A stretch of DNA of 64,000 nt from contig KV454013.1 of NCBI GenBank assembly GCA_001661245.1, positions 207,005 to 271,004 of the forward strand. The letters are read 5' to 3'. Within the stretch, counting starts at the first letter, position 1; every line of letters starts with the position of its first letter. Under the pieces are notes generated by a model. It was not told the origin of the DNA, searched no databases, and worked only from the letters and a program-made list of their open reading frames with translations. Of the stretch, positions 22,847-34,528 are shown piece by piece. Both the position numbers and the translations under genes were made by a program. This stretch comes from Pachysolen tannophilus NRRL Y-2460. Lineage: Eukaryota.

Positions 22847-24565
22847 ATGGGGTTTATAAGTTTTGTGGAAAAATTGAAGGTTAAACCTTCAGAGACTGCA
22901 ACAATCAATATTATGACAAATCCTGATTTGTTACCTATGCCTGCAGAAAGACGTATATGGGGTTGGTTTGGGTTTCTTTTTTATTGGTTAATCAGTAAAT
23001 GTCTTATTTCTACTTGGACAAGTGCAAATTCTTTATTATCTTTAGGATTTAATGTTGGTGAAATTATGGGGATTATAATTATAAGTAATGTTATAGTTGT
23101 TGTTCTTTCTTTACTGAATGGTCAAATAGGTTCAGATTATTATATTGGTTATACAGTTGCTACTCGTATAATTTTTGGTATTCATGGTTCTTATTTTGGA
23201 GTGGCTATAAGAACTATTTTAAGTATTGTTTGGTTTGCTTCTCAATCATGGTTAGGTGGTTTATGTGTTTGTTGTGTTCTTTCTTCTTGGTCAAAAAGTT
23301 TTCTTTATATGGAAAATACTTTCCCAGATAGTGTTCATTTTACTTCTCAAGAATTAGTTGGATTTGTTATATTTCAACTTTTATGTTTACCTTTAATTTT
23401 AATTAAACCTGAAAAATTGAAACCACATATTGTTAGTTCTTCATTAGTAACTTTAGCTGCAATGCTTGGTATAATAATTGCTGCAACAAAGGCAAATGGA
23501 GGTACAGGTCCTTTAATGACTTCAAAAACTACTATTAGTGGATCTACTTATTCTTGGAATTGGGTTTATGGTATTGTAAGTCAATATGGTAGTATTGCTG
23601 CTGGTGTTACAAATATGGCCGATTATACAAGGTTTAGTGAAAAAAAATATTCTCCTTATCCTGGTACTATTATTAGTTGGTTCACTTTAGGTGTTGTAAT
23701 TCCATTAATGGGGTTAATAACTCTGAGTGCCATTGAAGGACGTTATGGTGTTACTTATTGGAAACCAAATGATATTATGAATTTATGGTTGGAAGATAAT
23801 TATACTCCAGCAGTTCGTGCAGGTGTTTTCTTTGCCTCCATGGCATTTGTAAGTTCTCAATTGGTATATAACGTCATGGGTAATGCTATTCCAGGTGGAA
23901 TGGATATGTCTGGTCTTTGTCCTCAATTTATCAATATTCGTAGAGGTGCTTATATTACTGCCTTACTTTCATGGGTTATTCAACCATGGGATTTCTATAA
24001 TACTTCATCAACTTTTGTCACTGTTATGAGTTCTTTTTCAGTCTTTATGACTCCATTGATTGCTTGTTGGATTTGTGATTATTTCATTATTAGAAAAAGA
24101 AAATTAAAATTATCAGATTTATACAGTTTAGAAGAAGGTGGAGAATTTTGGTATTGGAAAGGTCTTAATTTAAGAGGACTTTTAGCATGGGCTTGTTCTT
24201 CAGCACCAGGTATTGCTGGATTAGTTAACCAAGCAAATACAGATCTTCCAATATCAGAAGGAGCAAAACATTTTTATGATGGTAATTTATTCTTTGGTTT
24301 TGTAATTGCATTTTTCGTTTATTATGTTTCAAATTTGATATTCCCAATGAAAAAATTAGATGAACTTGATCAAGTAGATTATTTCAAAATATATACACCT
24401 GAACAAATTCAACAAAAGGGATTGATCAGTTACGAAGAATACAAAGCAGGCGTTCTCCCACAAGAAGATGATTCTGTTGAAAGTGGTTCTGCAAGTGGAA
24501 GTAAAGAAATTACTCAAATAGAGTACGAACTTACAGGTGATAAAACTGCTACTGTAGAAGTTTAA
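22847..24565 (+). CDS. NCS1 nucleobase/thiamine permease (Thi7/Nrt1-like)
   Basis: NPDLLP.P.ERR.WGW, GGMDMSGLCPQFINIRRGA, QPW.FYN.SSTF.TVMSSF; multiple TM helices. Confidence 0.9.
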   Translation: MGFISFVEKLKVKPSETATINIMTNPDLLPMPAERRIWGWFGFLFYWLISKCLISTWTSANSLLSLGFNVGEIMGIIIISNVIVVVLSLLNGQIGSDYYIGYTVATRIIFGIHGSYFGVAIRTILSIVWFASQSWLGGLCVCCVLSSWSKSFLYMENTFPDSVHFTSQELVGFVIFQLLCLPLILIKPEKLKPHIVSSSLVTLAAMLGIIIAATKANGGTGPLMTSKTTISGSTYSWNWVYGIVSQYGSIAAGVTNMADYTRFSEKKYSPYPGTIISWFTLGVVIPLMGLITLSAIEGRYGVTYWKPNDIMNLWLEDNYTPAVRAGVFFASMAFVSSQLVYNVMGNAIPGGMDMSGLCPQFINIRRGAYITALLSWVIQPWDFYNTSSTFVTVMSSFSVFMTPLIACWICDYFIIRKRKLKLSDLYSLEEGGEFWYWKGLNLRGLLAWACSSAPGIAGLVNQANTDLPISEGAKHFYDGNLFFGFVIAFFVYYVSNLIFPMKKLDELDQVDYFKIYTPEQIQQKGLISYEEYKAGVLPQEDDSVESGSASGSKEITQIEYELTGDKTATVEV

Positions 24566-24888
24566 AACTAAATATCATCCACATTTGCAATCTTGCTTTT
24601 TTTTTCTTTCTTTTTCTTTTGTTTGCTTTATATGTTTAGTTATACAACACGAGTTGAGTCTTATATGAAATAAGTTTATAATTGTAGTCATTCTAATTCT
24701 CATTCTTATAGTTGTAGTCGTGTAACACTTTTTTTATAAGTTCAAAAAATATAAGTGGTGAACTTCTTGATTTGGAAATGAACTATGATATGATTAGTAT
24801 TATATGAGAATAGAACTACACGGTATTAAGTTAACGTGAAGAAGCTCAATTCTTTGAGTAAATGGTATTGTGAGACTGAAGAAATATA

Positions 24889-27500
24889 ATGGATTATTCC
24901 ATAGAAGGTATGCTATTATTTGTTTGATATGTATTTTGTTTTGTGGATGATTACTAACGGTTCATTTTTATAGGTATACAATCAATTGACATAAACAATG
25001 ACAGTAGTAAATATATTGATATAACTGATCAATTTTTTGATGTGACAAAAGGTATGTTGTCTGTACTTGAATAATAGTTGAGTTAGGGATTGGTTTTGCT
25101 TTATGGTAAAGAAATTGTGTATACTAACAGTATCAATATGGGATGGGCGGGTTTGTTTTTTTTTGTTTCATAGACATTAAGCATGGTGAAATAGTTAAGG
25201 CTAAATCATTTTCTCTTTTCCAAGGCACACATGCTTTGGAAATGATGAATAAAAGGTTAGATACAGGATTGGTGGAATTGTCTAAAGAAGAGAGGGAATT
25301 TGATGTTACCGCTGGGAGAAACTTTGATGAAGTCTTGGCTATAATGAATGATCTTTTGAAATATCTTATGTCATGGTTAAATAATTCGTCATTGTCTCGT
25401 ACGATTTTATCATGTAGATACGTTGAAGTTTTACTAGTCAATTACTGTACTGGGAATAAAAGCTTGCTGTCATGTCGTTTTGGGGCCAACGTTGAATTGA
25501 AAGATGATGATGATGAGGAAAGTTTATTGATCCATAAAGTGTTAAGATCTTTTATCTTGGGCTGTTTAGAATTTGTTAAATTTGTTTTATTTTTAGGCCA
25601 GCAAGGTGTCTTATATGAAGAAGAAGATATTAATACAACGAGTATGGGGCTAGATATTTTATCAAAAATTTCAAAACAAGATATTATAAATGAATTAGAA
25701 AAATCGATTAATTGGTTACAAAAATTTTGCAATCATATGAATAAAAATTATATGATAGATTTATTGTTAATGATAAATAATTTGATAAAACCAAATTTAT
25801 TGACAATAACCATAACTTTTGATCAATCATCAAGTCCTAAACCAAAAGAATTATTATTTTTACAGGAATCATTAAAGATTGCCAAATCATTAAAATCAAA
25901 TAAAGAATTTTTCAGTAAATTACCACAAGTTCCCAAAGGTTGTCTTTCACAAGGTGTACAAAGAAGATTAGACAATGGTGTGCCATTAACACCTTTAAAC
26001 ATGGATCCATTTGATTCCGTATATGATTCTTTTATAAACATGATTCAAGATATTCTTGTAATATTTGAATTAATTAATATTCAAAATATCAATCATATTA
26101 ATCTTTTCATCATGTGTTTTATGAATAAACGTGAAGATCCAATCCACATTATTGCAAGAGCTTTTTTACAATTGTTTTATATTAGAGAAGATAGATCCAT
26201 AATGGGTGATCCAAAAACTAGAATAGATTCATTATTATTAAAAGATTTAATATCATTAACTTGTTGTGATTCCAAAATTTTCCAAGAATATGAAAATTAT
26301 GAAAAAAAAGGATCAAAGATTAATAATCATAATAGAATAGAATATATTGACAAATTTCTTGAATTATTAGCAAATTTAGAAAATAATTATTATTCAAATT
26401 TTTTAACAATTTCACAAAATCCATGCAGACAACGTCAACATTTCAATAGATCGATATTAACTTGGGATACTTTACAAGTTCAATCAGAAATGTTTGAGCA
26501 AGAATTATTTCAGAAATATAATATAAATGATTTTTATAAGGTTGATGGTAATAATAATGATCATCATCAAGAAGAAATTCAATCGATGCCTATATCATCA
26601 TGGATTTATTATCATAAATTGAAGAGTATGTTAGAAGTGGTATTAAGAGGTGTGGAGTTAGAAATTTATAAAAAATGGGAACTTTATTCAATTTTTTGGT
26701 ATTCATCATATTTGTATGAGATTTTAATTGAACATCTTCATAGAATTCAACATGCAAATTCATATAAAAAAAATTTGATTTTAAATATGCCCAAGAAGAT
26801 TAAGAAATTAAAATCTGGTGAAAAAAAGCAACAATTAAAAGAAATATATAAAATTAAATCAAAACAAATTTTACCTCAATTAATTGAAATTGAAACAAGA
26901 TTAGAACAAGATTTTACAATTTTCACAATTTTGAAAAATTTATCAGATTGTGAAAAATATCTTTTTTCAATTTTAGATGATTTAAAATTATTAGAATTAC
27001 CCAAGTTAAATATGGTACCAGAATCATTAAGTTATGGATTAAAGATGAAACCTTTCCAATCTGTTGGTGTACCAGAATTTCCAACTTTTACAAAATGGCA
27101 AATGGTAAAGAAATCGTTACAAACAAATGTGGATACTAAAGAGAAAAAATTACACACTTTAACTTGTATTAAAAAATTATGTGATTTTATTAAAACTCAA
27201 ATTTCAGATACAATTACTAAATTGAACAATAACAATAACAATAACAATAAAGATAAAAATGAAAATGGAAAATCACAATTTACAGATTTCGTTCAAAAAG
27301 AATTAACACTTTGGCATAACCAATTGTTAAGAAGCTGTATTGGAATATCTTTAACATGTTCGCTTTTATCAAAACAATTAGTTGACCCCAATTTCCAGGA
27401 TATTAATCAAATACATCATAAATATACAGTATTATTGCAAAGAGATGGGTATCATAGATACTTTCCCTGTATCAAAGTTGTGGAAAACCCCATGAAATAA
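24889..27500 (+). CDS. MAK10: NatC auxiliary subunit; exons 24889-24907, 24974-25051, 25174-27500
   Basis: Two introns (GTATGC and GTATGT donors, TACTAAC, TAG) splice in frame; FSLFQGTHALEMMNKRLDTG, QNPCRQRQ, MKPFQSVGVP. Confidence 0.92.
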
Positions 27501-27525
27501 TCTTCACCTTCTGCACTTATCTATC

Positions 27526-27557
<32 letters not shown>

Positions 27558-27573
27558 GATAGATAGATAAGCA

Positions 27574-27930
27574 TTAGGGCTACTGGCCCTTTTCTTGCAG
27601 ATATTCACCCACACGCTCACACACCCATACACCACACACACACACACCTATACATACTCATTACGCGTACATTGTTTTTCCTTGCCAATTCCGGTATTTC
27701 ATGTGACTTGCAAAAAATTGAAAACAAAAACAAAGACAATAATATCAGTTCTTGTATGTTTTTGTGTAAGTTTCCCACGACCCATTATTCATTATCAAGC
27801 AAAAAAAAAGAATGAAAAGTTTTGTACTGGAAAAAGAGTGTGAAAAAAAAAAAAAAAAAATTTCACCGAAAAGAAAAAATCACATACAAATTTTTTAATT
27901 CCAAAACACACGACCTCATTTCGCCTAATA
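27574..27930 (+). promoter_or_regulatory. RPL12 promoter: Tbf1-like, Rap1-like and IFHL-like sites
   Basis: TTAGGGCTA 27574-27582, ACACCCATACACC 27621-27633, ACACCTATACAT ~27644, TTCGCCTAA ~27920. Confidence 0.6.
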
Positions 27931-28036
27931 GCGTTAATTTCTCTCATAAATCATATATATATAAATTTTTTTTAAAATATTGTTGATTGTAATATTTTGA
28001 AATCACAAAAAAAAAAAAATATTATAGAATAGCAAG

Positions 28037-28534
28037 ATGCCTCCAAAGTTAGATCCAACTGAAGTTAAATACTTGTACTTGAGAGCTGTTGGTGGTGAAG
28101 TTGGTGCTTCATCTGCCTTGGCTCCAAAAATTGGTCCATTAGGTTTATCACCAAAGAAGGTTGGTGAAGATATTGCAAAGGCAACAAAGAACTTCAAAGG
28201 TATCAAGGTCACTGTTCAATTGAAGATCCAAAACAGACAAGCTGAGTGTTCTGTTGTTCCAGCTGCCTCATCTTTGGTTATTACAGCTTTAAAAGAACCA
28301 CCAAGAGATAGAAAGAAGGAAAAAAATGTTAAACATAGTGGTAATATTCCATTGGAAGAAATTTATGAAATTGCTAGACAGATGAGAGAAAAATCTTTTG
28401 GTAAAACTTTAGCTTCGGTTACTAAAGAAATTTTAGGTACTGCTCAATCTGTTGGTTGTCGTGTTGAAGGTAAAAACCCACATGCTATTATTGAAGCCAT
28501 TGATGCTGGTGAAATTGATGTTCCAGAAAACTAA
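28037..28534 (+). CDS. RPL12: 60S ribosomal protein L12 (uL11)
   Basis: [49 protein letters not shown]. Confidence 0.99.
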   Translation: MPPKLDPTEVKYLYLRAVGGEVGASSALAPKIGPLGLSPKKVGEDIAKATKNFKGIKVTVQLKIQNRQAECSVVPAASSLVITALKEPPRDRKKEKNVKHSGNIPLEEIYEIARQMREKSFGKTLASVTKEILGTAQSVGCRVEGKNPHAIIEAIDAGEIDVPEN

Positions 28535-28972
28535 TCAAGAAAAGAAAAAAATGGAAAGTTTTGTTATTATGCGAGTTTCTTCTCTTTTTTTTTTTCTTCT
28601 TCTTCTATAGGGTCAATGTATTTAATTATTGTGTGTTTTTAAAAAAAAAAAAAAAAGAAAAATTTTAATTAAAAAGCAAAAGCAAAGGCAAACTGATTTT
28701 TATTCAAATCTTTTTGAATTTTTTTATTTTATTTTATTTTATTTTTTTTTTTCTTTTAAAAAGAAACTTTAGATGGAAGAAGTTGGTTTACTATCTCCTG
28801 AATTGAAAAGCATTTAATATAATGATGAATATAAAGTATCTTGTAATATTGTAATATTGTAATTTTTTAGTAGTTTGTTACTACCAAAATGTGTAATATT
28901 AAAATTGATAGCAAAAAACCGCAAAAAGGTAAACACACAGAAAGATAACTAAAGGCAAAAGACATAAATAAA

Positions 28973-29003
<31 letters not shown>

Positions 29004-29095
29004 CTATATTTGATTATAAAGTTGGTATTAAAGAAATAAAGAAAGTTGAATAAAGGTTGATAGTTTTGTATTGGTTGATTGTGTTATTTTCAATA

Positions 29096-30112
29096 ATGTC
29101 GGATACAATAGATAGGGTCTTTGTGAAGGCCATAGCAACAATTCAAACTCTTTCTACAAGATCGGGATCTGGTTCTTTACAACGACCACCTTTAGAAAAT
29201 CGAATTAAATTATATGGACTTTATAAACAAGCTACTGAAGGAAATATATCACCAATGTTTTCAAGACCTGTGGGGAGTTCTCAAGAAGATGATGCTGCTA
29301 GGAGGAAATTTGATGCTTGGAAAGATCAACAAGGACTATCCAAGACTGAAGCAAAAAGACGTTATATTTCTTACCTTATAGATACAATGAAACTTTATGC
29401 TAGTGGTACTCATGAGTCTAGAGAATTATTAAGTGAATTGGAATATTTATGGGATCAAATTAGTGATTTGAAAAGTTCTCCTGAAATTGGTAATGATAAT
29501 AGTGGTGCCGCTGGCGGTGAAAATATAATTTCAATGACAGATTCACCTAATTTATCATCTCCTAGTATATTATATAATAGTTTTACAAATTTTGCAAATA
29601 ATCATCCATTGTTTAATACAAATAATAGTAGAGTGGCATCTATTTCTGAAGGAATAGCAGGAAATAGAAATAAAAATGAATTCCTACAGACTCCAAGAGG
29701 TGGTGGTGGTGGTGCTGAAGGTGTTGAAAATTTAGAAAATTTAGAAAATTTTAGACCAGCTTTAAATTATTCTTCTTCAATATCAGCTCCTGTAATTTCA
29801 CAAGGAAATCAAAATTATATAGGAGATTCTCTTATAAAATGGCAATGTGATGTTAATATAACTTTAAACAAATTGATACATGATTTGGAAATTATTAAAA
29901 GAGAACATGAAAGAATCATAATTGAAAAGACAAAAAATCAAAAAAATAAAGATAAGAAATTAAAATTTTTTAAATTCTTAATTATAGCATTATTAATTTA
30001 TCATGGTGATTCAATTAAAAATTTATTGATCTTCTTATTCAATTTTCTTAAAAATTATAAAAAAAAATTGATTTTTAATTTTAAACAGAAAAAATGGTTT
30101 ACTATAATATAA
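29096..30112 (+). CDS. ATG37: Acyl-CoA-binding peroxisomal membrane protein (pexophagy factor)
   Basis: IDRVFVKAI, ACBP domain LYGLYKQATEG..KFDAW, ELLSELEYLW, C-terminal TM. Confidence 0.85.
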   Translation: MSDTIDRVFVKAIATIQTLSTRSGSGSLQRPPLENRIKLYGLYKQATEGNISPMFSRPVGSSQEDDAARRKFDAWKDQQGLSKTEAKRRYISYLIDTMKLYASGTHESRELLSELEYLWDQISDLKSSPEIGNDNSGAAGGENIISMTDSPNLSSPSILYNSFTNFANNHPLFNTNNSRVASISEGIAGNRNKNEFLQTPRGGGGGAEGVENLENLENFRPALNYSSSISAPVISQGNQNYIGDSLIKWQCDVNITLNKLIHDLEIIKREHERIIIEKTKNQKNKDKKLKFFKFLIIALLIYHGDSIKNLLIFLFNFLKNYKKKLIFNFKQKKWFTII

Positions 30113-30614
30113 TATAGACTTTTTATACAGTTTTTTTAAGACTTTTTTTTTAAAAACAAAAAATAATGTAATTTACTACATTTTTTGAATAAAAAAACTT
30201 TGACTTCTTCATTATAAATTCATAAAATTTCAAAAATTAAAATATCCAACTTGTATATAATATAAATATATATAAACATACAAGAATTCAATTACCATAT
30301 TACCTAAAAATTATATTTAAAAAAAAAAAAAANAAAAAAAATAAACCGATGTATATGATGTGCATTATTAGATCAATAAAATATTAAGTATAAAACAAGA
30401 TAACCATTCCAAAATATTAAAATTAAAATTAAAAGAAAAAAAAAAAAAAAAAAGTAGAGCAGATTAATTAAAACAACCAGATAATTAAAAAAAAAAATTC
30501 AAAAATCAAAAACAAACACCTATTATCAACTTAGAAACCAATTACTAGAAGAATTTTTAGCATTAGCAAAATTATTTAACAAATCATCGTTATTACTAAT
30601 CCCAGCATCTTTTT

Positions 30615-32444
30615 TCAGTAATAATTCCAGGGCCCATTTTTTTTTTGTGCTTGATACCTTCCTTCCAATAATTCGTTAACATCTGAAGAACTTACAACTA
30701 CACCCTTTTCTGAACATTTCAGCTTTTGTTTTAATTCTTTACATAATCCATCAATGTCCAATTCAGAATATTTTGGATGTGAAGTAATTCTTTCCCATAT
30801 TGCTGAACACTTCATCAAATCGGCATCAGTTGCAGGAACCATCTCCTTTTCATTTTTGCCATCCTCAGCATCTTTATCCTCATCGCCAGTGGCTTCTGGA
30901 ATACTATCAAGAGCACCTTCATTCTCGTTATACTTTTCTTCTGATTTCATTACATCATTTTTTCTAACTACTGGATTCAAATACTTGACGTATTTTACAT
31001 TCTCATTGAGATGTCCTTGATCATCAACATTGCCTCCAAACATTCCTAATGGATCATACAATGATTCCTCGGTAACCAATCCTTCCAACTTACTACCGTT
31101 TCTATCATTATCGTTATTTGTGACATCGTTTATCCAATTTTGATCATTATAATCAAATACCAAAGATGGATCAAAAGATGTAGAGTTTAAGAAAGAATAT
31201 GCATCCAACTTATCATTACCTAAATCTTGCAAGTAGTTGTAATCATTACCAGCAGTCAATGTACTGAATGGAGATAACGATGTACTTGTTTCATTAAATG
31301 CAGGTGAGTTCTCCAGCTTATTTAGTATCGGTGATTGTGAGTGCGATTGCGATTGCGATTGAGAGGGCAGTTGCAGATTCAGTTGTTGCAGTGGCTCCAG
31401 CACCGATTCCAGCACTTGCTGTGGATTAATATTAGAATTAGAATTTGAGCGCTCAGCAACTGGAGATGAGACTGAATGCTCAGACTTGACAAAGTTGAAA
31501 GGTGAAGAAGCATTGGAAAGTGATTTAGGAACAGGACAACTTTTGCTTCCACAAACTTCTGACAAGTTCAAACAAAAATCAGAAACTTTTTCATCAAATT
31601 GGTTTTCAACATCACCCGATTGTTGTGATAATTCTTCTTTTTCATTCAATATCGATGATCTTCTAATATTTGAATTAAACATTGGTAATTTTGAAGGGTT
31701 AGTTTCATTATTAGAAGTATCCAATACATCTGGCGATGTTGAAGCTGTTGTTGGATTTGACGAAGAACTATCATTTGTTAAACCGGGATTATTGTTCTTT
31801 ACAGAGGAATTATCCGTTCCATTATTCTTGGGACCTACTGAGGAAGAAGTTAAACTACTTCCCGATTTTGTTGAATGATTTTTACTCCATGGAAATTCGA
31901 ACGTAAAGTTTTGATCAATATGTGAACCTGCTGTTGTACCAGTGGCACCTGATGTTGTTCCAATGGCACCTGATACACCCGAAGTACTTGATGCCGTTGA
32001 ATTTGGGGTAGAAAGATTCAATGAATCATCTTTTGAGTAAGAAGATACCGAAGATAGGCTACTTACACTATGCTTATTGGCACCAGAACCACCACCATTC
32101 AACGTCCCTGTGGATGAAAGCAAACTATCTATATCCTTTTTCCCTCTAAACTTGGTCAACTCTGTCATTAAGGTCTCAACTTGCATTCTTAAAAATTCCG
32201 ACTCATTATGTAAAGCCAATTTTTCATTCTCCAAAGTCCCAACCAAATCCTCCAACTCCTTCATCTTACGCTCTTTCCTCTCACGGAAAGCTCTTTGAGC
32301 TGCTCTATTCTGCAGAGTTCTCTTATTCTTTGGCTCTGAATTTAAAGGTTTACGTCCCGGCCTATTCAATTCCTGTCTCTTAGCAGCGATATCTGCGGGA
32401 CTGCTAACCTCAGAATTCAACCTCTTATTTATTATATCTGACAT
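30615..32444 (-). CDS. YAP1: AP-1-like oxidative stress bZIP factor
   Basis: bZIP QNRAAQRAFRERKE, FTFEFPW, n-CRD FCLNLSEVCG..SCPVPK, c-CRD CSAIWERI..IDGLC..CSEKG. Confidence 0.97.
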   Translation of the reverse strand: MSDIINKRLNSEVSSPADIAAKRQELNRPGRKPLNSEPKNKRTLQNRAAQRAFRERKERKMKELEDLVGTLENEKLALHNESEFLRMQVETLMTELTKFRGKKDIDSLLSSTGTLNGGGSGANKHSVSSLSSVSSYSKDDSLNLSTPNSTASSTSGVSGAIGTTSGATGTTAGSHIDQNFTFEFPWSKNHSTKSGSSLTSSSVGPKNNGTDNSSVKNNNPGLTNDSSSSNPTTASTSPDVLDTSNNETNPSKLPMFNSNIRRSSILNEKEELSQQSGDVENQFDEKVSDFCLNLSEVCGSKSCPVPKSLSNASSPFNFVKSEHSVSSPVAERSNSNSNINPQQVLESVLEPLQQLNLQLPSQSQSQSHSQSPILNKLENSPAFNETSTSLSPFSTLTAGNDYNYLQDLGNDKLDAYSFLNSTSFDPSLVFDYNDQNWINDVTNNDNDRNGSKLEGLVTEESLYDPLGMFGGNVDDQGHLNENVKYVKYLNPVVRKNDVMKSEEKYNENEGALDSIPEATGDEDKDAEDGKNEKEMVPATDADLMKCSAIWERITSHPKYSELDIDGLCKELKQKLKCSEKGVVVSSSDVNELLEGRYQAQKKNGPWNYY

Positions 32445-32562
32445 TTCCTCCTTTGCAATATATAAACCTATCTTAGAGATGTTTTCAACCGATAATATTT
32501 CTTATAAACTTATCTCTATTTCACAAGTATGAAAAATAAAATAATAATTAATCTTGTGCTAA

Positions 32563-32569
32563 TTAGTAA
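32563..32569 (-). promoter_or_regulatory. Yap response element TTACTAA upstream of YAP1
   Basis: TTAGTAA on plus strand ~120 bp upstream of ATG; short AT-rich motif. Confidence 0.45.
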
Positions 32570-33018
32570 TCAACTCTTATAATATGTATGTATAAGAGCA
32601 AAAAAGAAAAAAAAAAAAAAGTTAAAATCGCCGTGTCACCGTGTCACAAAATGTCAAGTGTCGCAAAGTGCTAAATGTCTCTCTCGTGTGTCAGGTGTCT
32701 TAAGTCCGGTGTCACAAGTAGTGCTCACAAAATCAAAAAGATAACAACGTTATTTTTGCCCTTTTTGGCAGCTAATTTGGTAAATAGTTATTTGGTAACA
32801 ATAGTGATATTAATTTTTGTTAATTGTTAAAATAGCAATTGTTAATAGCAATGGCGTTTAATTTTAATAATTCTTCAATTCCTTATACCAGTAATCAATT
32901 GATTATTTGTTAAAACTTGAAATTGAAAAATTCTTTATTTTTTTCTTTTTCTTTTTTAAAAAAATTAAATTAAAATAAATAAAATATCTTTATCTTTTTC
33001 TTTTTATATTTTCGCCAC

Positions 33019-33055
<37 letters not shown>

Positions 33056-33324
33056 TGTATATTATTATATTTATGCAAATGAGTAAAAAGTGTTTTTTAA
33101 TTAAAACGTTTTTTCTCATTTTCTCTTTATCTCGAATTTACCGGTCAAAAAATTGGTGCATGGAAAATTTGCTGTAGGAAATAACGAAGTTAACAAAATA
33201 CAATAAATGTATTGGAAAAACATATTGTTCTAGAAACACATTCAAATTTATATTATATATATATATATATAGATAAAGAAAGAAAGAAAAAAACATTTGT
33301 ATTATTTATTTTTATTTATTTTAA

Positions 33325-34467
33325 TTATTTTGCATCTAAAGGTTTTCTAACAATGTATAACATCATAGGTGTAAAAAGATGTTGTTCACCACCTTTTACT
33401 AAATTAACTGCTGCATCTTCTAAAGCGATAGTTACTTGTCTTGAACCTTTTGGAGCAATACCTAATTTTTCTAAAAATCCAACAGTTTCAGTTGTAATTC
33501 TTCTACCAAGTGTAGAAGTTCTAAAATAAGTATATAAATCACCTAAAGTTTGAACATATTTCCAATCACCTGCAAGTGGATAATACCAAGGTATTTCATC
33601 ATCAACATCGGCTAAATCTTTTGCATATTCAATTTCAAAACCAACTGTTTTTAATGCTTTTTCTGCAACATCTTTAGAAAACATTTTTGGAATACCATCA
33701 CCAACTTCAATACCATAAGCAATTTGTCTATGTTCTTTGTTATTTTCATCATATTTATCAGTCATAACCCATTCATAAACTCCAAAAACACCACCTGGTT
33801 TTAAAACTTTATAAATTTCTCCATAAACACCTTCTAAAACTGGAGCATGAACTGTTGCTTCAATAGCATAAACTGCATCAAATGAATTTGGTTCAAAATC
33901 CATTTGCATAAAATCACCTTTAACAAATGATAATTTATCATCAAGTTTATATTGTTTTGAATAATAATTGGCACGTTCGATTTGATAATCATTATTATTT
34001 AAACCAATAATTGAACAATCAGTAAATCTACAAATTTCTCTTGCTGGTCCACCAACACCACATCCAACATCTAAAACTTTCATATTTTCAGTAATACCCA
34101 TCTTTGCAGCTAAAAAATGTTCATGTCTTGCACTTGCTTGTCTAAAAGGTTCACCTTTATAATACCTTGAAAAATGAAATGAAGAACCCCAACCATATTC
34201 ATAAAAATCAGTAACTAAATTATAATAATGTTTTGTTAAAGCTGAATAATCTTCTAATCTTTTTTGTTCAGTTTGTTCATCTGTATTTCCATCCCAATGC
34301 TTGAAATACCCATCAAAAGCAATTTTTTGAGCATCACTAGTCTTACTTATCCATGCTCTCATTCCTGTCTTTTCACCAACATTTTTACCATGTAAAGCAT
34401 GTGCAAACTCTTTATCAGCGGTAAAATTTTTTGGTGCTAATTTTTGTTTTGAAATAGTTGAAGTCAT
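33325..34467 (-). CDS. ERG6: Sterol 24-C-methyltransferase
   Basis: [31 protein letters not shown]. Confidence 0.99.
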   Translation of the reverse strand: MTSTISKQKLAPKNFTADKEFAHALHGKNVGEKTGMRAWISKTSDAQKIAFDGYFKHWDGNTDEQTEQKRLEDYSALTKHYYNLVTDFYEYGWGSSFHFSRYYKGEPFRQASARHEHFLAAKMGITENMKVLDVGCGVGGPAREICRFTDCSIIGLNNNDYQIERANYYSKQYKLDDKLSFVKGDFMQMDFEPNSFDAVYAIEATVHAPVLEGVYGEIYKVLKPGGVFGVYEWVMTDKYDENNKEHRQIAYGIEVGDGIPKMFSKDVAEKALKTVGFEIEYAKDLADVDDEIPWYYPLAGDWKYVQTLGDLYTYFRTSTLGRRITTETVGFLEKLGIAPKGSRQVTIALEDAAVNLVKGGEQHLFTPMMLYIVRKPLDAK

Positions 34468-34528
34468 TTTTAAAAATTTTGAAAAATATTATATACAATA
34501 AAAAAAAGTAAAAAAAAANAAAAACAAA

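Noticed and set aside
27601..27660. CA-rich tract as interstitial telomere
   Set aside because: Short and irregular; better explained as promoter Rap1-like sites plus a CA microsatellite.
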